The notes below the pieces were generated by a model. That model was not told the origin of the DNA, did no database searches, and saw nothing but the letters and a program-made list of their open reading frames with translations. From the IMG/VR virus record IMGVR_UViG_3300035148_000579, positions 1-48,007 of that record: a stretch of DNA of 48,007 nt, one strand, 5' to 3'. Shown here piece by piece: positions 37,787 to 46,446 of the stretch (positions are counted from its first letter, which is position 1; the number at the start of each line of letters is the position of its first letter). Both the position numbers and the translations under genes were made by a program. The DNA comes from a virus. Its lineage: Duplodnaviria; Caudoviricetes.

Positions 37787-38491
37787 TTACTTCTGGATGC
37801 CGACCTTGCAGTGCCCGGTACCTTTCGGACCGTATGGGCACCAGCGGCAATTGAACATGTTCGGGCGCGGCTCGAAGTCTGTTGCGGAGGTGATACGAAT
37901 ACCGCGCTCGTGGAACTTCTGCCGGAAGGTGTCGATCTCGCCGAGGTCGTACGTCTTGCTGGTGATATCGTCCTGGTCGGTGTACCAGAACTCAACGGTC
38001 ACCTGTTCGATCTCAGGGTTGCGGTTAGCTGTTCCTACTGCGTACAGCTGCCCCTGCTCGGCGTGCTTCACTTCGTTTCCAGCTTTTTTTCCGGTTTTGT
38101 AGTCGATCACCACTGCTTGCTCGGGATCGAGTCGCACCATAGCGTCGAGCTTGACTCGCAGCCACACGTTGCGATCCATCCACGCGACCGGTTTCCACTC
38201 TTGCGTGATACCCCATTCGCCCTCCAGTGAGACTTTGCCCTCGTGATACAGCGAGCGCAGATTCTCGAACTCGTGCTGGAATGCCTTGAGCTCATCGATA
38301 AGTTCGACGCCTCCACGGACGAACATCTCCGCCGCCTCGTGAATCCGAGTCCCGCGATCATTCGCGTGCTCAGTCTTGCCGGGCGGAAGAGGGCGTTCGG
38401 GTTCGGGGATCTTGTCGATGTACGCCAGTTTGGCGCGGAGGGGGCATTGCTCGAAAACAGAAAGACGAGAATAAGACCACGCTTTTATCAC
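37787..38491 (-). CDS. Cas4/RecB-like PD-(D/E)xK exonuclease (start GTG 38491)
   Basis: WSYSRL...QCP, RGTRIHEAAE, LDAMV, IDYKTGK, QGQLYA, CRWCPY...C (four Cys, Fe-S type). Confidence 0.88.
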   Translation of the reverse strand: MIKAWSYSRLSVFEQCPLRAKLAYIDKIPEPERPLPPGKTEHANDRGTRIHEAAEMFVRGGVELIDELKAFQHEFENLRSLYHEGKVSLEGEWGITQEWKPVAWMDRNVWLRVKLDAMVRLDPEQAVVIDYKTGKKAGNEVKHAEQGQLYAVGTANRNPEIEQVTVEFWYTDQDDITSKTYDLGEIDTFRQKFHERGIRITSATDFEPRPNMFNCRWCPYGPKGTGHCKVGIQK

Positions 38492-38517
38492 TGAGCACCC
38501 TAGATCATCAAAAGGAT

Positions 38518-39429
38518 CTAGGAGTATACAACGGCCCCCATCACTACGCGCAAGAGTTCCGCGTGTCGCTTCACTGCATTCGCCCCCTCTTTCGAGAGGT
38601 CGGTCACTCGCCCATTCTTGCTGTCGTATACGAATTCCAGAAACAGCCGAACGTCCTCTTGTTCCGTCGGATTGCCGGCGACCAAGGTAGTTCCGATCCC
38701 CTGTATCGCCTCGAACCAGAAGTTGGCCTCCCGGTTCTTCAGGTCGACGGAGTTCACTCCCACCCGAAGCTTGATGTTGCTCAGCCACTCCCGGCGCCGT
38801 TTCATGTACTCCGCTTTCTTGTCGGTCCATGTTCTGCGTTTCACCGGTTCGGGGATGAAGAAGCTACCGTCGGGGCGGACTTCGACGGCGTTTCCAGGAA
38901 GTCCGTAAGTGCTCACCCACTTTCTGAACTGGCGGCGGACTTCAGCGCCTGCGGCTTTGTAGTTCTGCCACAGCTCGTTCATCTTCTCCTTGTTCTGTGA
39001 CCAATCCTGGGACGTGAGCGAGTTGATGAATTGCACCCGGATTCGGTGCCTCTTGCTTTCTTCCAGAACCGCTGCTGCGTACTCGGGAGACGAGATGAGC
39101 GGGTAGAAACGCAATCGGGTGTCGTACTTCACCGAAGTGACGCGGACCAGATTCACCAGGTTGTCTGTGAGCCACGCCAGCAGCTGACACTCCTTGGTGT
39201 TCGTGATGTTTGTCTTCAGCATCTGCAGCGGCCGAAACAGAATGCTGTTGTCGGACCGAATCACCGCCACCGGTATCTTATCGGCGTCATACGATGAGTA
39301 GATCTTCAGGTCTACGCCGTTGGGCATGTAGCTGAGCTTGTAGCTTCGGAAGCCTGACTTGGAAAGCCGCGCTTCTCCGTTCCGTTTCTTCACTTCATAG
39401 AACTGCCTCAGAGCGGAGTGGGTCTTCAC
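38518..39429 (-). CDS. Hypothetical protein (303 aa, Lys/Arg-rich)
   Basis: GTGA coupling to the vWA gene stop; no recognisable motif. Confidence 0.7.
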   Translation of the reverse strand: MKTHSALRQFYEVKKRNGEARLSKSGFRSYKLSYMPNGVDLKIYSSYDADKIPVAVIRSDNSILFRPLQMLKTNITNTKECQLLAWLTDNLVNLVRVTSVKYDTRLRFYPLISSPEYAAAVLEESKRHRIRVQFINSLTSQDWSQNKEKMNELWQNYKAAGAEVRRQFRKWVSTYGLPGNAVEVRPDGSFFIPEPVKRRTWTDKKAEYMKRRREWLSNIKLRVGVNSVDLKNREANFWFEAIQGIGTTLVAGNPTEQEDVRLFLEFVYDSKNGRVTDLSKEGANAVKRHAELLRVVMGAVVYS

Positions 39430-40568
39430 GCCAGTCTCACGATCTCGCCGAATGGCGCTTCTACATCAGTCGTCATGGCCCACATGGTTGGCCAGGGCAC
39501 GTCTTCTTCCCGAGGAAAGTCGCCGTAGCCGTCAGTCAGATAGACGACGCATTTCGGATCGATGTTCTGCTCCTTCAGCCACTTGAAAGGCGGACGGAAG
39601 TCCGTCCCTCCCCCACCCTTCAGCTCCCTCAATGCTTCGGGCATGTCCTGGCCGGGCTCGATCTCGAAGGTATGCTGAACATCGGCGTCACAGTCCACCA
39701 CCACGATCTTCGCCGGGTTGACGTCGATTGCGATGGCTTCGATTTCGCCGTTGAACTGTGCAAGCGCTTCGGGGTCTGCGTAGATCGAGCCCGATGTGTC
39801 GCGGAATACAGCCAGTACGCCGACCTTTTCGCTGTCTCTGCTGGGCAGGTACAGGTCGTCGCCGATGAACCGGCGATTGGCCTTGTTCCAGCTCTCGTCG
39901 TCCCGTGCTTTTTCGCTCACGAATCGGCGCAGCTGATTCTTCCAGTCCACCACCGGTTCGAGTGCGTCGTCCACCATCTTGTCGAGCTCGGCGGGCAGCT
40001 TGCCTTGCATCTTGGCTACGTGCCGGGCCTGCGCCAGGCTCTGCTTCCACTCCGCCTCGGACTGCTTGTTGGACTGGTCCTTGCTCTGGTTCGGATCGCC
40101 CGTTCCGGGGTTGTCGCGTACTTCGCCACAGCCGCCGGGGTCGCCTCCTGCTCCTGGAGGCAGGTCTGGTAGCTTGTTGTAGATCTCTTCCGCGCTCATG
40201 TTGGCGAACGCCGGGCTTTCCAGCGCGCCGTCCGGTAGCTTGTAACGCTTGCTGATGAGCGGGTTCAGCGCGTAGTCGGCAGCCATGTTCCACTTCCTCG
40301 GCTCCCGGTTTCCACGCCGCGTGTGATGCAGCAGGGCAGGATGCATGATCTCGTGCACTAGCAGCCCGCGTCGCTGTTCAGGAGAGAGCTTGCTGATGTA
40401 CTTGGGGTTGTATCCAATCGTCACCCCATCGCACCATGCCGTTTCGCACGTAGCGTCTTCCTTCATCTTCATGCGCAGCGCGAGAATCCCGAAAAATGGA
40501 TCGGCCATCACCAGTTCGGCGCGGGCCTTCGTCATCGGGCTAACTTTCTGCAGGATCTGGTTGCTCAT
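39426..40568 (-). CDS. Metallopeptidase plus vWA-like protein (DUF2201-type)
   Basis: TAWCDG, HEIMH, WNMAADYALN; MIDAS-like DTSGS, GGGGTDFRP, YLTDGYG. Confidence 0.9.
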   Translation of the reverse strand: MSNQILQKVSPMTKARAELVMADPFFGILALRMKMKEDATCETAWCDGVTIGYNPKYISKLSPEQRRGLLVHEIMHPALLHHTRRGNREPRKWNMAADYALNPLISKRYKLPDGALESPAFANMSAEEIYNKLPDLPPGAGGDPGGCGEVRDNPGTGDPNQSKDQSNKQSEAEWKQSLAQARHVAKMQGKLPAELDKMVDDALEPVVDWKNQLRRFVSEKARDDESWNKANRRFIGDDLYLPSRDSEKVGVLAVFRDTSGSIYADPEALAQFNGEIEAIAIDVNPAKIVVVDCDADVQHTFEIEPGQDMPEALRELKGGGGTDFRPPFKWLKEQNIDPKCVVYLTDGYGDFPREEDVPWPTMWAMTTDVEAPFGEIVRLA

Positions 40569-40803
40569 TCATCACCCTCTCTGCGTGTTCGCGACCTTCT
40601 TCGTTAAGTGATACCCACGAACCGACAGTGACGTCAGACGGATTGCCTTCGATCCAGCCGTACATGGCGAGCTCCTTGACCCGAGCTGCCACGTTTTCAT
40701 TCGTGAGCCCTGGGAGCTGCTTCTGGATCTCCTTCACACGCATGCTCCAGCGTTGTGCAAGCAGGATGCGTAGAACTTCTCCGTGCCTCTGTTTCGTGAT
40801 CAT
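40540..40803 (-). CDS. Small winged-helix-like protein (87 aa; start ATG 40803)
   Basis: ATGA coupling; MRVKEIQKQL...VAARVKELAMYGWIE...SLNEEG. Confidence 0.55.
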   Translation of the reverse strand: MITKQRHGEVLRILLAQRWSMRVKEIQKQLPGLTNENVAARVKELAMYGWIEGNPSDVTVGSWVSLNEEGREHAERVMNEQPDPAES

Positions 40804-41393
40804 TTTGCGAGCATCGTCGACTTCACCAAGACAGACTGTGCTTGTTCGTCGAGCGGCTTGATTTCTGTGACACTGCGCGGTGTTGCTTTCTCGTTGTGTT
40901 TCGCGCGGATTTCGGGCGGGACGTGATCCAGTACCGTCGGCCACGCAGCGACTGCCTGCTTCAGCGTGCGGCACTGGTTCAGCGTCTCTTCGAGCTTCGA
41001 ACGCAGAACGATTGTTTCCGACATGAGGCGTGAACGACGCTCCATGAGCGGGACGGCTTCGTGATACCCGTCAGTCGTAGCCGGGATCGTCCACCGCCTG
41101 TTGGTGACCTGTGGGTTGATCGGCTTGGGCCCGGAGAAGTTCACGTTCCAGGAGTATTCCCCCTTTGCGTGCGCCATCCGGGCGGTGACCACAGTCGTTG
41201 TTTCCAGAAACCCGATGGGGATTTCCTTGAGCTTCGCCTGCAGCTCTTTCGGAACGAGGGCGGCGTAAATCGCTTCCGCCGAAAAGCAGTTGCGAATCTT
41301 CTGCTCTGTCTCAGCGATCTGCTGCCCAAGCCCCTTGGTAGCGCTGTCGATGATCTTGGTCTGAAGCTCTCCTGAGAGATTTACGTGCGCCAT
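40800..41393 (-). CDS. Nmad5-like (nucleotide modification associated domain 5) protein
   Basis: Helical protein with C-terminal LNQCRTLKQAVAAWPTVLDHVP, matching the recalled T-x-K-x-x-x-x-x-W-P signature; GGAGG RBS. Confidence 0.6.
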   Translation of the reverse strand: MAHVNLSGELQTKIIDSATKGLGQQIAETEQKIRNCFSAEAIYAALVPKELQAKLKEIPIGFLETTTVVTARMAHAKGEYSWNVNFSGPKPINPQVTNRRWTIPATTDGYHEAVPLMERRSRLMSETIVLRSKLEETLNQCRTLKQAVAAWPTVLDHVPPEIRAKHNEKATPRSVTEIKPLDEQAQSVLVKSTMLAK

Positions 41394-41400
41394 ATTCCTC

Positions 41401-42426
41401 CTACGTGATTGCGGCGGCGTTGCGCGTGGCCCAGTTGTTGAACGCCTTGGTGTCGGCGATCAACGGGTTTCGCGTGATTGCGTCCTTCACGCACGTCACA
41501 CCGAACTCCGTCGGTAGACGGTCGGTGTACTGCACGACGCGTTCGAAGTTCGATTCTGTTGCTTTGACAGCCAGACCCGACACCGTGGCATAGAGCGTTG
41601 CGGGCTCTTCGGGGATCGGAGCACGATCCGGAGCGAGCAGCAAAGCGTCGAGATTGGGCATCTTGCGGGCGTACTTCAGGTAAGCGATGAATTGCGCAGC
41701 AGCGCCTTCACCGACGACCGAGCCGTACGTCTCGTACTCTGCGTCTTCCGGAATCCCGGCGCTTAGCAAGCGAGACATGAATGACCACGACCGCGGCGTA
41801 GCGAACGCCTTGGCGTCCTTGCTGCGCTGGGACATTTCCCGCTGGCGTACCTTGTCCTCACCGACGTCGAACTCGTTCAGGAGCGACGGCGAATAGGAGA
41901 TGAAGCCGAGTACGTCGGGGTGCACGTTGTGCGTGAGCGCCCAGTGCCTCCAGTCATCGAGGTTCACTTCCACGTCGATGTGAATGAACCGGTTCCGCAG
42001 CGGCAGCGGCATTTGGTTCACGATGGCGCGGTCCTGAATGCGATTGCCGGCCGCGAGTACCGCCCAGCCTGGCGGCAGCTCGTAGTTCCCAAGCTTGCGG
42101 TCGAGTACCAATTGGTACGCTGCGGCCATTGTGCTGACAGAGCCGGCGTTGATCTCGTCGAGGAACAGCAGGCCGTTGGTGTTCTTGTCGTGCGGCAGGA
42201 AGTCCGGCGGGTTCCAGTGCGTGATGCCGTTTTCGCGATGGGGGATCCCACGCAAGTCCACGGAATCAAGCTGGCTGATACGAACGTCCTTCAGTTCGAA
42301 CTTCAGCTCACCAGCGAGCTGGCGTACGAGATCGGACTTGCCGATCCCGGGCGGGCCCCACAACATGGCGGGAATCTTCGCGCTGACTGCTGTACGAAGT
42401 ACAGCGCTGGCTTGTGACGGTCGCAT
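41401..42426 (-). CDS. MoxR-like AAA+ ATPase
   Basis: Walker A GPPGIGKS, DLRGIP, Walker B LFLDEIN, AAGN, PLRNRF, TPRSW. Confidence 0.92.
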   Translation of the reverse strand: MRPSQASAVLRTAVSAKIPAMLWGPPGIGKSDLVRQLAGELKFELKDVRISQLDSVDLRGIPHRENGITHWNPPDFLPHDKNTNGLLFLDEINAGSVSTMAAAYQLVLDRKLGNYELPPGWAVLAAGNRIQDRAIVNQMPLPLRNRFIHIDVEVNLDDWRHWALTHNVHPDVLGFISYSPSLLNEFDVGEDKVRQREMSQRSKDAKAFATPRSWSFMSRLLSAGIPEDAEYETYGSVVGEGAAAQFIAYLKYARKMPNLDALLLAPDRAPIPEEPATLYATVSGLAVKATESNFERVVQYTDRLPTEFGVTCVKDAITRNPLIADTKAFNNWATRNAAAIT

Positions 42427-42702
42427 CTATTTAGGTTCCTTGTAACGATTGTTGCGGAGAAATTGGTGGAGGTGCATGGCTACGATACATCCCATGCCTC
42501 CTCCCAAGCCGATGGGGATAACAATCCAACCCCATCCCATGTTTGCCACATTGGCAATCACGAACACTTCTGTCGTGGCCATCCCAAATGAGGTGGGCAT
42601 AACCCACCACACCTTGTGGTGAACCACGTTGAGTTGTTGCAACGCCTTCAGCAGCACAAAAAGAAAGCTCGCTGCGAAAGCAAGCGCCATGTTGAAAATC
42701 AC
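42427..42702 (-). CDS. Small multi-TM membrane protein (91 aa; start GTG 42702)
   Basis: About three hydrophobic segments; GLGGGMG; GTGA coupling. Confidence 0.7.
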   Translation of the reverse strand: MIFNMALAFAASFLFVLLKALQQLNVVHHKVWWVMPTSFGMATTEVFVIANVANMGWGWIVIPIGLGGGMGCIVAMHLHQFLRNNRYKEPK

Positions 42703-42902
42703 TTCGGCTCTACCTTTTCTACCTCGGCCCATGCAACTGGGTGGAAGACTCCGCCCTTACCGTCGGTACAGTACGAGTACATGCCGTCGATATTCCCAAG
42801 CCGGAGGATGAGGTCTTTCCCATACGTCCCGATATCCGGAGGCGCTCGGGTTTCTTCCACCAGTTTGAAATGGTCACCACGTGAAAGCTCGTATAGCTTC
42901 AT
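42699..42902 (-). CDS. Hypothetical protein (67 aa)
   Basis: Coupled to neighbours at both ends. Confidence 0.7.
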   Translation of the reverse strand: MKLYELSRGDHFKLVEETRAPPDIGTYGKDLILRLGNIDGMYSYCTDGKGGVFHPVAWAEVEKVEPK

Positions 42903-43162
42903 GGGGTTGAATCAAACTTCAGGACTCCGCGCGGGGTGATGTAGAAGTCTCCGGGCAATGGAGTGAGTATGGGAACATGACGGAGAAGTCCCATGACTCC
43001 TTCCTTGTCCGTCTGCACCTTCATCAGCTCGATCTTGAAGGTATCGCGCACCACTTCCTTGCCTAGAGTTCTCACCAGGAAACGAACGTGTTCCTTCGTC
43101 TCCTTGATGTTCGGAAAGAACACTTCTCCTTCCGAGCTGTAGACACGAATCACTTTCATCAA
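42899..43162 (-). CDS. Hypothetical protein (87 aa)
   Basis: GAGG RBS; ATGA coupling downstream. Confidence 0.65.
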   Translation of the reverse strand: MMKVIRVYSSEGEVFFPNIKETKEHVRFLVRTLGKEVVRDTFKIELMKVQTDKEGVMGLLRHVPILTPLPGDFYITPRGVLKFDSTP

Positions 43163-43167
43163 CTACC

Positions 43168-43716
43168 TCAGTTCTGGTTGATCGGAGGAACGGTCATGCG
43201 CCCAGAGATGCTTTTTCCTTCTCCGTTTGCGCCGAGAACGAACATTTCGCCCTTCAGCTCGCCGATGGCGATCTTCTGGACGTACATGCTGGTTCCCTCG
43301 CGCGAGTGAACCTGCAAGGTGATTGCTTCTTCCGACCGGTCGTCTTCAGCGAGGTCGCCTTCCTTGAATGTGTCGGCTTCCACTTCGCTGGATTCACGCA
43401 TGTATGCCTCGACCAGGATCATGGCGAAGTCGGCGGGACGTTTCTCGTTATCTGGCCAAGGGATGTCTTCCGTGAGGGCGTTCTGGACCATCTTCATCAG
43501 AACGTCCTTGCCGCCACGCATCTCTGCGTTGAAGAACATCTTGCAGATCTCTTCGGGCAGCACGATAGCCGATGGTTTCTCCTGGCCCTCATCGAACCGC
43601 ATGAGGGTGATGAAGGGCGGAATCGTGGTGTTGTTGCCGAGCTGATACTCGGCTTTGTATTGGCCAGAAGCGAATTCGAGCAGGTCTCTTGCAATGGCGT
43701 CGATACGACTGTCCAT
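43168..43716 (-). CDS. Hypothetical acidic protein (182 aa)
   Basis: GGAGAGGA RBS; coding-like composition. Confidence 0.75.
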   Translation of the reverse strand: MDSRIDAIARDLLEFASGQYKAEYQLGNNTTIPPFITLMRFDEGQEKPSAIVLPEEICKMFFNAEMRGGKDVLMKMVQNALTEDIPWPDNEKRPADFAMILVEAYMRESSEVEADTFKEGDLAEDDRSEEAITLQVHSREGTSMYVQKIAIGELKGEMFVLGANGEGKSISGRMTVPPINQN

Positions 43717-43727
43717 CGTCCTCTCCG

Positions 43728-43753
43728 AAAGAAAAAGCGCCCGGAGGCGCTTT
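43728..43753 (-). terminator. Intrinsic terminator
   Basis: On the - strand: AAAGCGCC-UCCG-GGCGCUUU then UUCUUU. Confidence 0.7.
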
Positions 43754-43772
43754 GTTATGAGTGGGGGCGGTG

Positions 43773-44066
43773 CTAGTGCAATACGCCTCGGAACTCTTTC
43801 TCAGCTGGAAACAACTCAGCAAGAGTCACGAGCTGACTTCCGTGTAGAGCTTTCAGGGTGGATTCGTCTCCAGCCATGAATTCGTACACGTTCAGACGGT
43901 TGTTGTCTGCGCCTTCAGCGGTACCTACGACAACGAGCATTCCATGGATCTGCACAGGATCCAGTGCATTCAATTTCGTGAGGATGGAATGAATCTGTTC
44001 GTCCTTCGTGCCTTCTACAGGCGATATGCCGAGAGGAACGTCCTCTTTACTTTTTTTCTTCGGCAC
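43773..44066 (-). CDS. Hypothetical protein (97 aa; start GTG 44066)
   Basis: GGAG RBS upstream of GTG CCG AAG; avoids a long overlap with the upstream gene. Confidence 0.6.
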   Translation of the reverse strand: MPKKKSKEDVPLGISPVEGTKDEQIHSILTKLNALDPVQIHGMLVVVGTAEGADNNRLNVYEFMAGDESTLKALHGSQLVTLAELFPAEKEFRGVLH

Positions 44067-44244
44067 TTTGGGGCTCCGGGACGCAAGCAAGTAGCTGAGG
44101 CGAGAGATAACCCTCGTCTGCGAGAAATGATTCCACCTTCTTCTGTTGCTCTTTGGTTCCGAGGTACTCACCTTCTAGAAGAAGACGAGTGCTTGCGATT
44201 CCAGAGGCGTGCGCAAGAACTACACGGTGTCCACGAACGGTCAC
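44047..44244 (-). CDS. Hypothetical protein (65 aa)
   Basis: GTGA coupling to the upstream peptide. Confidence 0.6.
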   Translation of the reverse strand: MTVRGHRVVLAHASGIASTRLLLEGEYLGTKEQQKKVESFLADEGYLSPQLLACVPEPQSAEEKK

Positions 44245-44378
44245 TTGGAGCTTTCCTGGCCAGAAAGGAAGTCCAATTTTACACGTGGAGCTTTTTTGAA
44301 GAAGAGCTTCCGTAGGCCGTCGAAAAGCAGAAAAAGAATCGCCGTTGCGGCGGAGCCCGCCAAAATGCGCGTTATCAC
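44241..44378 (-). CDS. 45-aa membrane-anchored peptide (absent from ORF track)
   Basis: MITRILAGSAATAILFLLFDGLRKLFFKK...ESSK*; GTGA overlaps at both ends. Confidence 0.65.
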   Translation of the reverse strand: MITRILAGSAATAILFLLFDGLRKLFFKKAPRVKLDFLSGQESSK

Positions 44379-44635
44379 TTTTTCCGTCCCTTCTTGGGCG
44401 CTACCCAGTTCAGTGCGGGCGTTTCGACGGGGCGCGCACGTAGTGCGGTGGTCAGATTCCCGCGTTTCTGGCCTTTCGCGATACTACCGGGACGGTCATG
44501 ATTGATCCATCCCCCAGCCGCGAGATGTCCGCTTGGAACTGGTTCGAGCAGAGGTTTCTTGGGTACGGGTTTCTTTCTTTCCTTCAGCACTTCGGTTGTG
44601 GCACGAGCCAGACGGGTTGGTTTCTTGCGGGACAC
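44375..44635 (-). CDS. Highly basic hypothetical protein (86 aa)
   Basis: AGGAG RBS; K/R/P-rich. Confidence 0.6.
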   Translation of the reverse strand: MSRKKPTRLARATTEVLKERKKPVPKKPLLEPVPSGHLAAGGWINHDRPGSIAKGQKRGNLTTALRARPVETPALNWVAPKKGRKK

Positions 44636-44645
44636 GGCTGCTCCT

Positions 44646-44888
44646 TCAGGTCGGACCGACGATACGCATAGCTGCAGCGCGTTCTCGCGCTCGGCGACGT
44701 GCCCGAGCCACCATTTCTGGTGTGTAGTTCGGTCCTATGTATACCTTGGTCGCTGCCCGAGCGATGTACTCCTCACATGCTTCCCGAGAAGTACCTCGAT
44801 AGACGATCCGTTCTGTGTTGGATCGCCATATTGCAGGAGCAAACACCCGCCAGGGACGCGTCCCTTTACGCGGGGGTTTGTCGGTCAC
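44646..44888 (-). CDS. Basic hypothetical protein (80 aa)
   Basis: GTGA coupling. Confidence 0.6.
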   Translation of the reverse strand: MTDKPPRKGTRPWRVFAPAIWRSNTERIVYRGTSREACEEYIARAATKVYIGPNYTPEMVARARRRARERAAAMRIVGPT

Positions 44889-45262
44889 ACAAGTTTCGCC
44901 AATGCAGCGTCGATGGTGGGAAACACCACGTCGGTCATTCGCGCGGAGTCTTTCACGATGGAGTCCTTAACGGAGTCCAGCGTGGTAGACGAGAGAATGG
45001 CAGGGCCGAGACGCGTCTTCAGGTGCAGGCCGTACAGATTGACCCACAGTTCCTGTCGTTGATTCAGAAGGCCGCCGGCTGCAGAGCGAGCGACTTCCAG
45101 CATCTCTTGCGCAGTAACCACACAAGCCTCTGCAGCGGCAGCTTGCCGCGCAGAGTTTGCGGCAATAGCGTCCTGCACCGCGCGACCGTCGAACTGCATC
45201 TGAAGAGCGAGTTTCTGGACTGGGTCGGTGACAGCATCGATTTGGGCTTGAGTGACAGTCAT
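44885..45262 (-). CDS. Hypothetical helical protein (125 aa)
   Basis: ATGA coupling. Confidence 0.7.
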   Translation of the reverse strand: MTVTQAQIDAVTDPVQKLALQMQFDGRAVQDAIAANSARQAAAAEACVVTAQEMLEVARSAAGGLLNQRQELWVNLYGLHLKTRLGPAILSSTTLDSVKDSIVKDSARMTDVVFPTIDAALAKLV

Positions 45263-45648
45263 TGCGCGGGCGGAGGCTCAGGCGTGGGAGCGGGGGCGGG
45301 AACAACTGCACCGCCGGTCACGTTGCTGATGCTGGCGACGCCGGCAGCAAGTTCTTGCTGTGCAGCATCGAGCGAAGCAGCCATGGTGGCGGCTTCCGTC
45401 GGCGAGAGGCCATTCGCGGCGGCGGCGGCAAGCTGTTGCTGCAGCGTTGCGACCAGGCCCAGGACGTCGGTGACGCTCTGAGTGGCAGCGGCGACAGCAG
45501 CTTGGGTTTCGGTGATCTCGCGTTTCAGGTCTTCGATCTCTTGTGACATGGCGCTTACCTTCGAGGTGGTTGCAGCGATGAGTGATGCAAGTTGCCTGAG
45601 CGTCGCTGCGGTTTTTTCGTCAGGCTGTCCGAAAATGAGAACGTTCAT
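45259..45648 (-). CDS. Ala-rich coiled-coil protein with Pro-rich tail (129 aa)
   Basis: ATGA coupling; heptad pattern; PAPAPTPEPPP tail. Confidence 0.7.
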   Translation of the reverse strand: MNVLIFGQPDEKTAATLRQLASLIAATTSKVSAMSQEIEDLKREITETQAAVAAATQSVTDVLGLVATLQQQLAAAAANGLSPTEAATMAASLDAAQQELAAGVASISNVTGGAVVPAPAPTPEPPPAQ

Positions 45649-45872
45649 GGTTCGGTGTCCAGTACCGGGTATTTTATCAAAGCGTCCCCGATACGAGCTT
45701 TCAGGGACGCTGCCGTTGTGCTCTCTTGTGCTTCGCGCAACAGCATGCGGAGCTCCAGTACGTACTCCGTGACATCTGCCACCAGGCCGTCTACGACCAT
45801 CAGGTGTGCAGGAGCGGCGGGAAGTTTTTCCATGTAGCTTCTCCCATACTGGAAGAAGGTACTTGCACTCAT
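45645..45872 (-). CDS. Hypothetical protein (75 aa; start ATG 45872)
   Basis: ATGA coupling at both ends. Confidence 0.6.
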   Translation of the reverse strand: MSASTFFQYGRSYMEKLPAAPAHLMVVDGLVADVTEYVLELRMLLREAQESTTAASLKARIGDALIKYPVLDTEP

Positions 45873-46084
45873 CGGTCCGCGGACAGAAGAGATCGGCTCC
45901 GGGGGCGTTTCGTTGGGGGCGGGACTGGGGGTTTCCATTTTGTGGCTGCAGTAAGAACGTCCCACATGGTTGATCGGATCGACTGCCCAGCGAGCATGCC
46001 TTCGACGACCTTCCAGCTAGACCACACTAGAAGGTCTTCGAAGGTCCACTCTTCGAATGTCTTGTTGGGCGGCACGGCACTCAT
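45869..46084 (-). CDS. Hypothetical protein (71 aa)
   Basis: AAGGA RBS; tight packing. Confidence 0.6.
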   Translation of the reverse strand: MSAVPPNKTFEEWTFEDLLVWSSWKVVEGMLAGQSIRSTMWDVLTAATKWKPPVPPPTKRPRSRSLLSADR

Positions 46085-46087
46085 CAG

Positions 46088-46276
46088 TCAGTCCTTCACG
46101 AGATCGGCGGGATCAGTTGCTTCTGAGTGGTTCTTTCCGCCGTATCGAACGAATACATACACTTCGTTCTTCGAGGTAACTATTCCTTGTTCACAATCTG
46201 GGTGGTATCGCTGGCCGTGAGCATGCCCAGGAACATAGAGGACGCGCATCCCAACGCGTATCTCTGCAAGCGTCAT
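46088..46276 (-). CDS. Hypothetical protein, SH3/KOW-like beta pattern (62 aa)
   Basis: VGMRVLYVP...EQGIVTS...VFVRY...ATDPADL. Confidence 0.7.
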   Translation of the reverse strand: MTLAEIRVGMRVLYVPGHAHGQRYHPDCEQGIVTSKNEVYVFVRYGGKNHSEATDPADLVKD

Positions 46277-46446
46277 GCTTTTTTCTCCCGATTCCGCTGT
46301 GCGAGGTTTGCTTGCAGCCGCGTGATTCGTTCACGCAGCGTCTTGTTGGTGTTCCGCAGCTTCTGAATCTCTGCCAGCCGGCTCAGGTTGTTCTTCTGAA
46401 GGTGTCGGATGGCTTCGCGGAGGATCATCTCTAAGTCTTGCTCCAC
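46273..46446 (-). CDS. 57-aa coiled-coil protein (absent from ORF track)
   Basis: AGGAG RBS, GTG start; MEQDLEMILREAIRHLQKNNLSRLAEIQKLRNTNKTLRERITRLQANL...; ATGA coupling downstream. Confidence 0.65.
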   Translation of the reverse strand: MEQDLEMILREAIRHLQKNNLSRLAEIQKLRNTNKTLRERITRLQANLAQRNREKKA

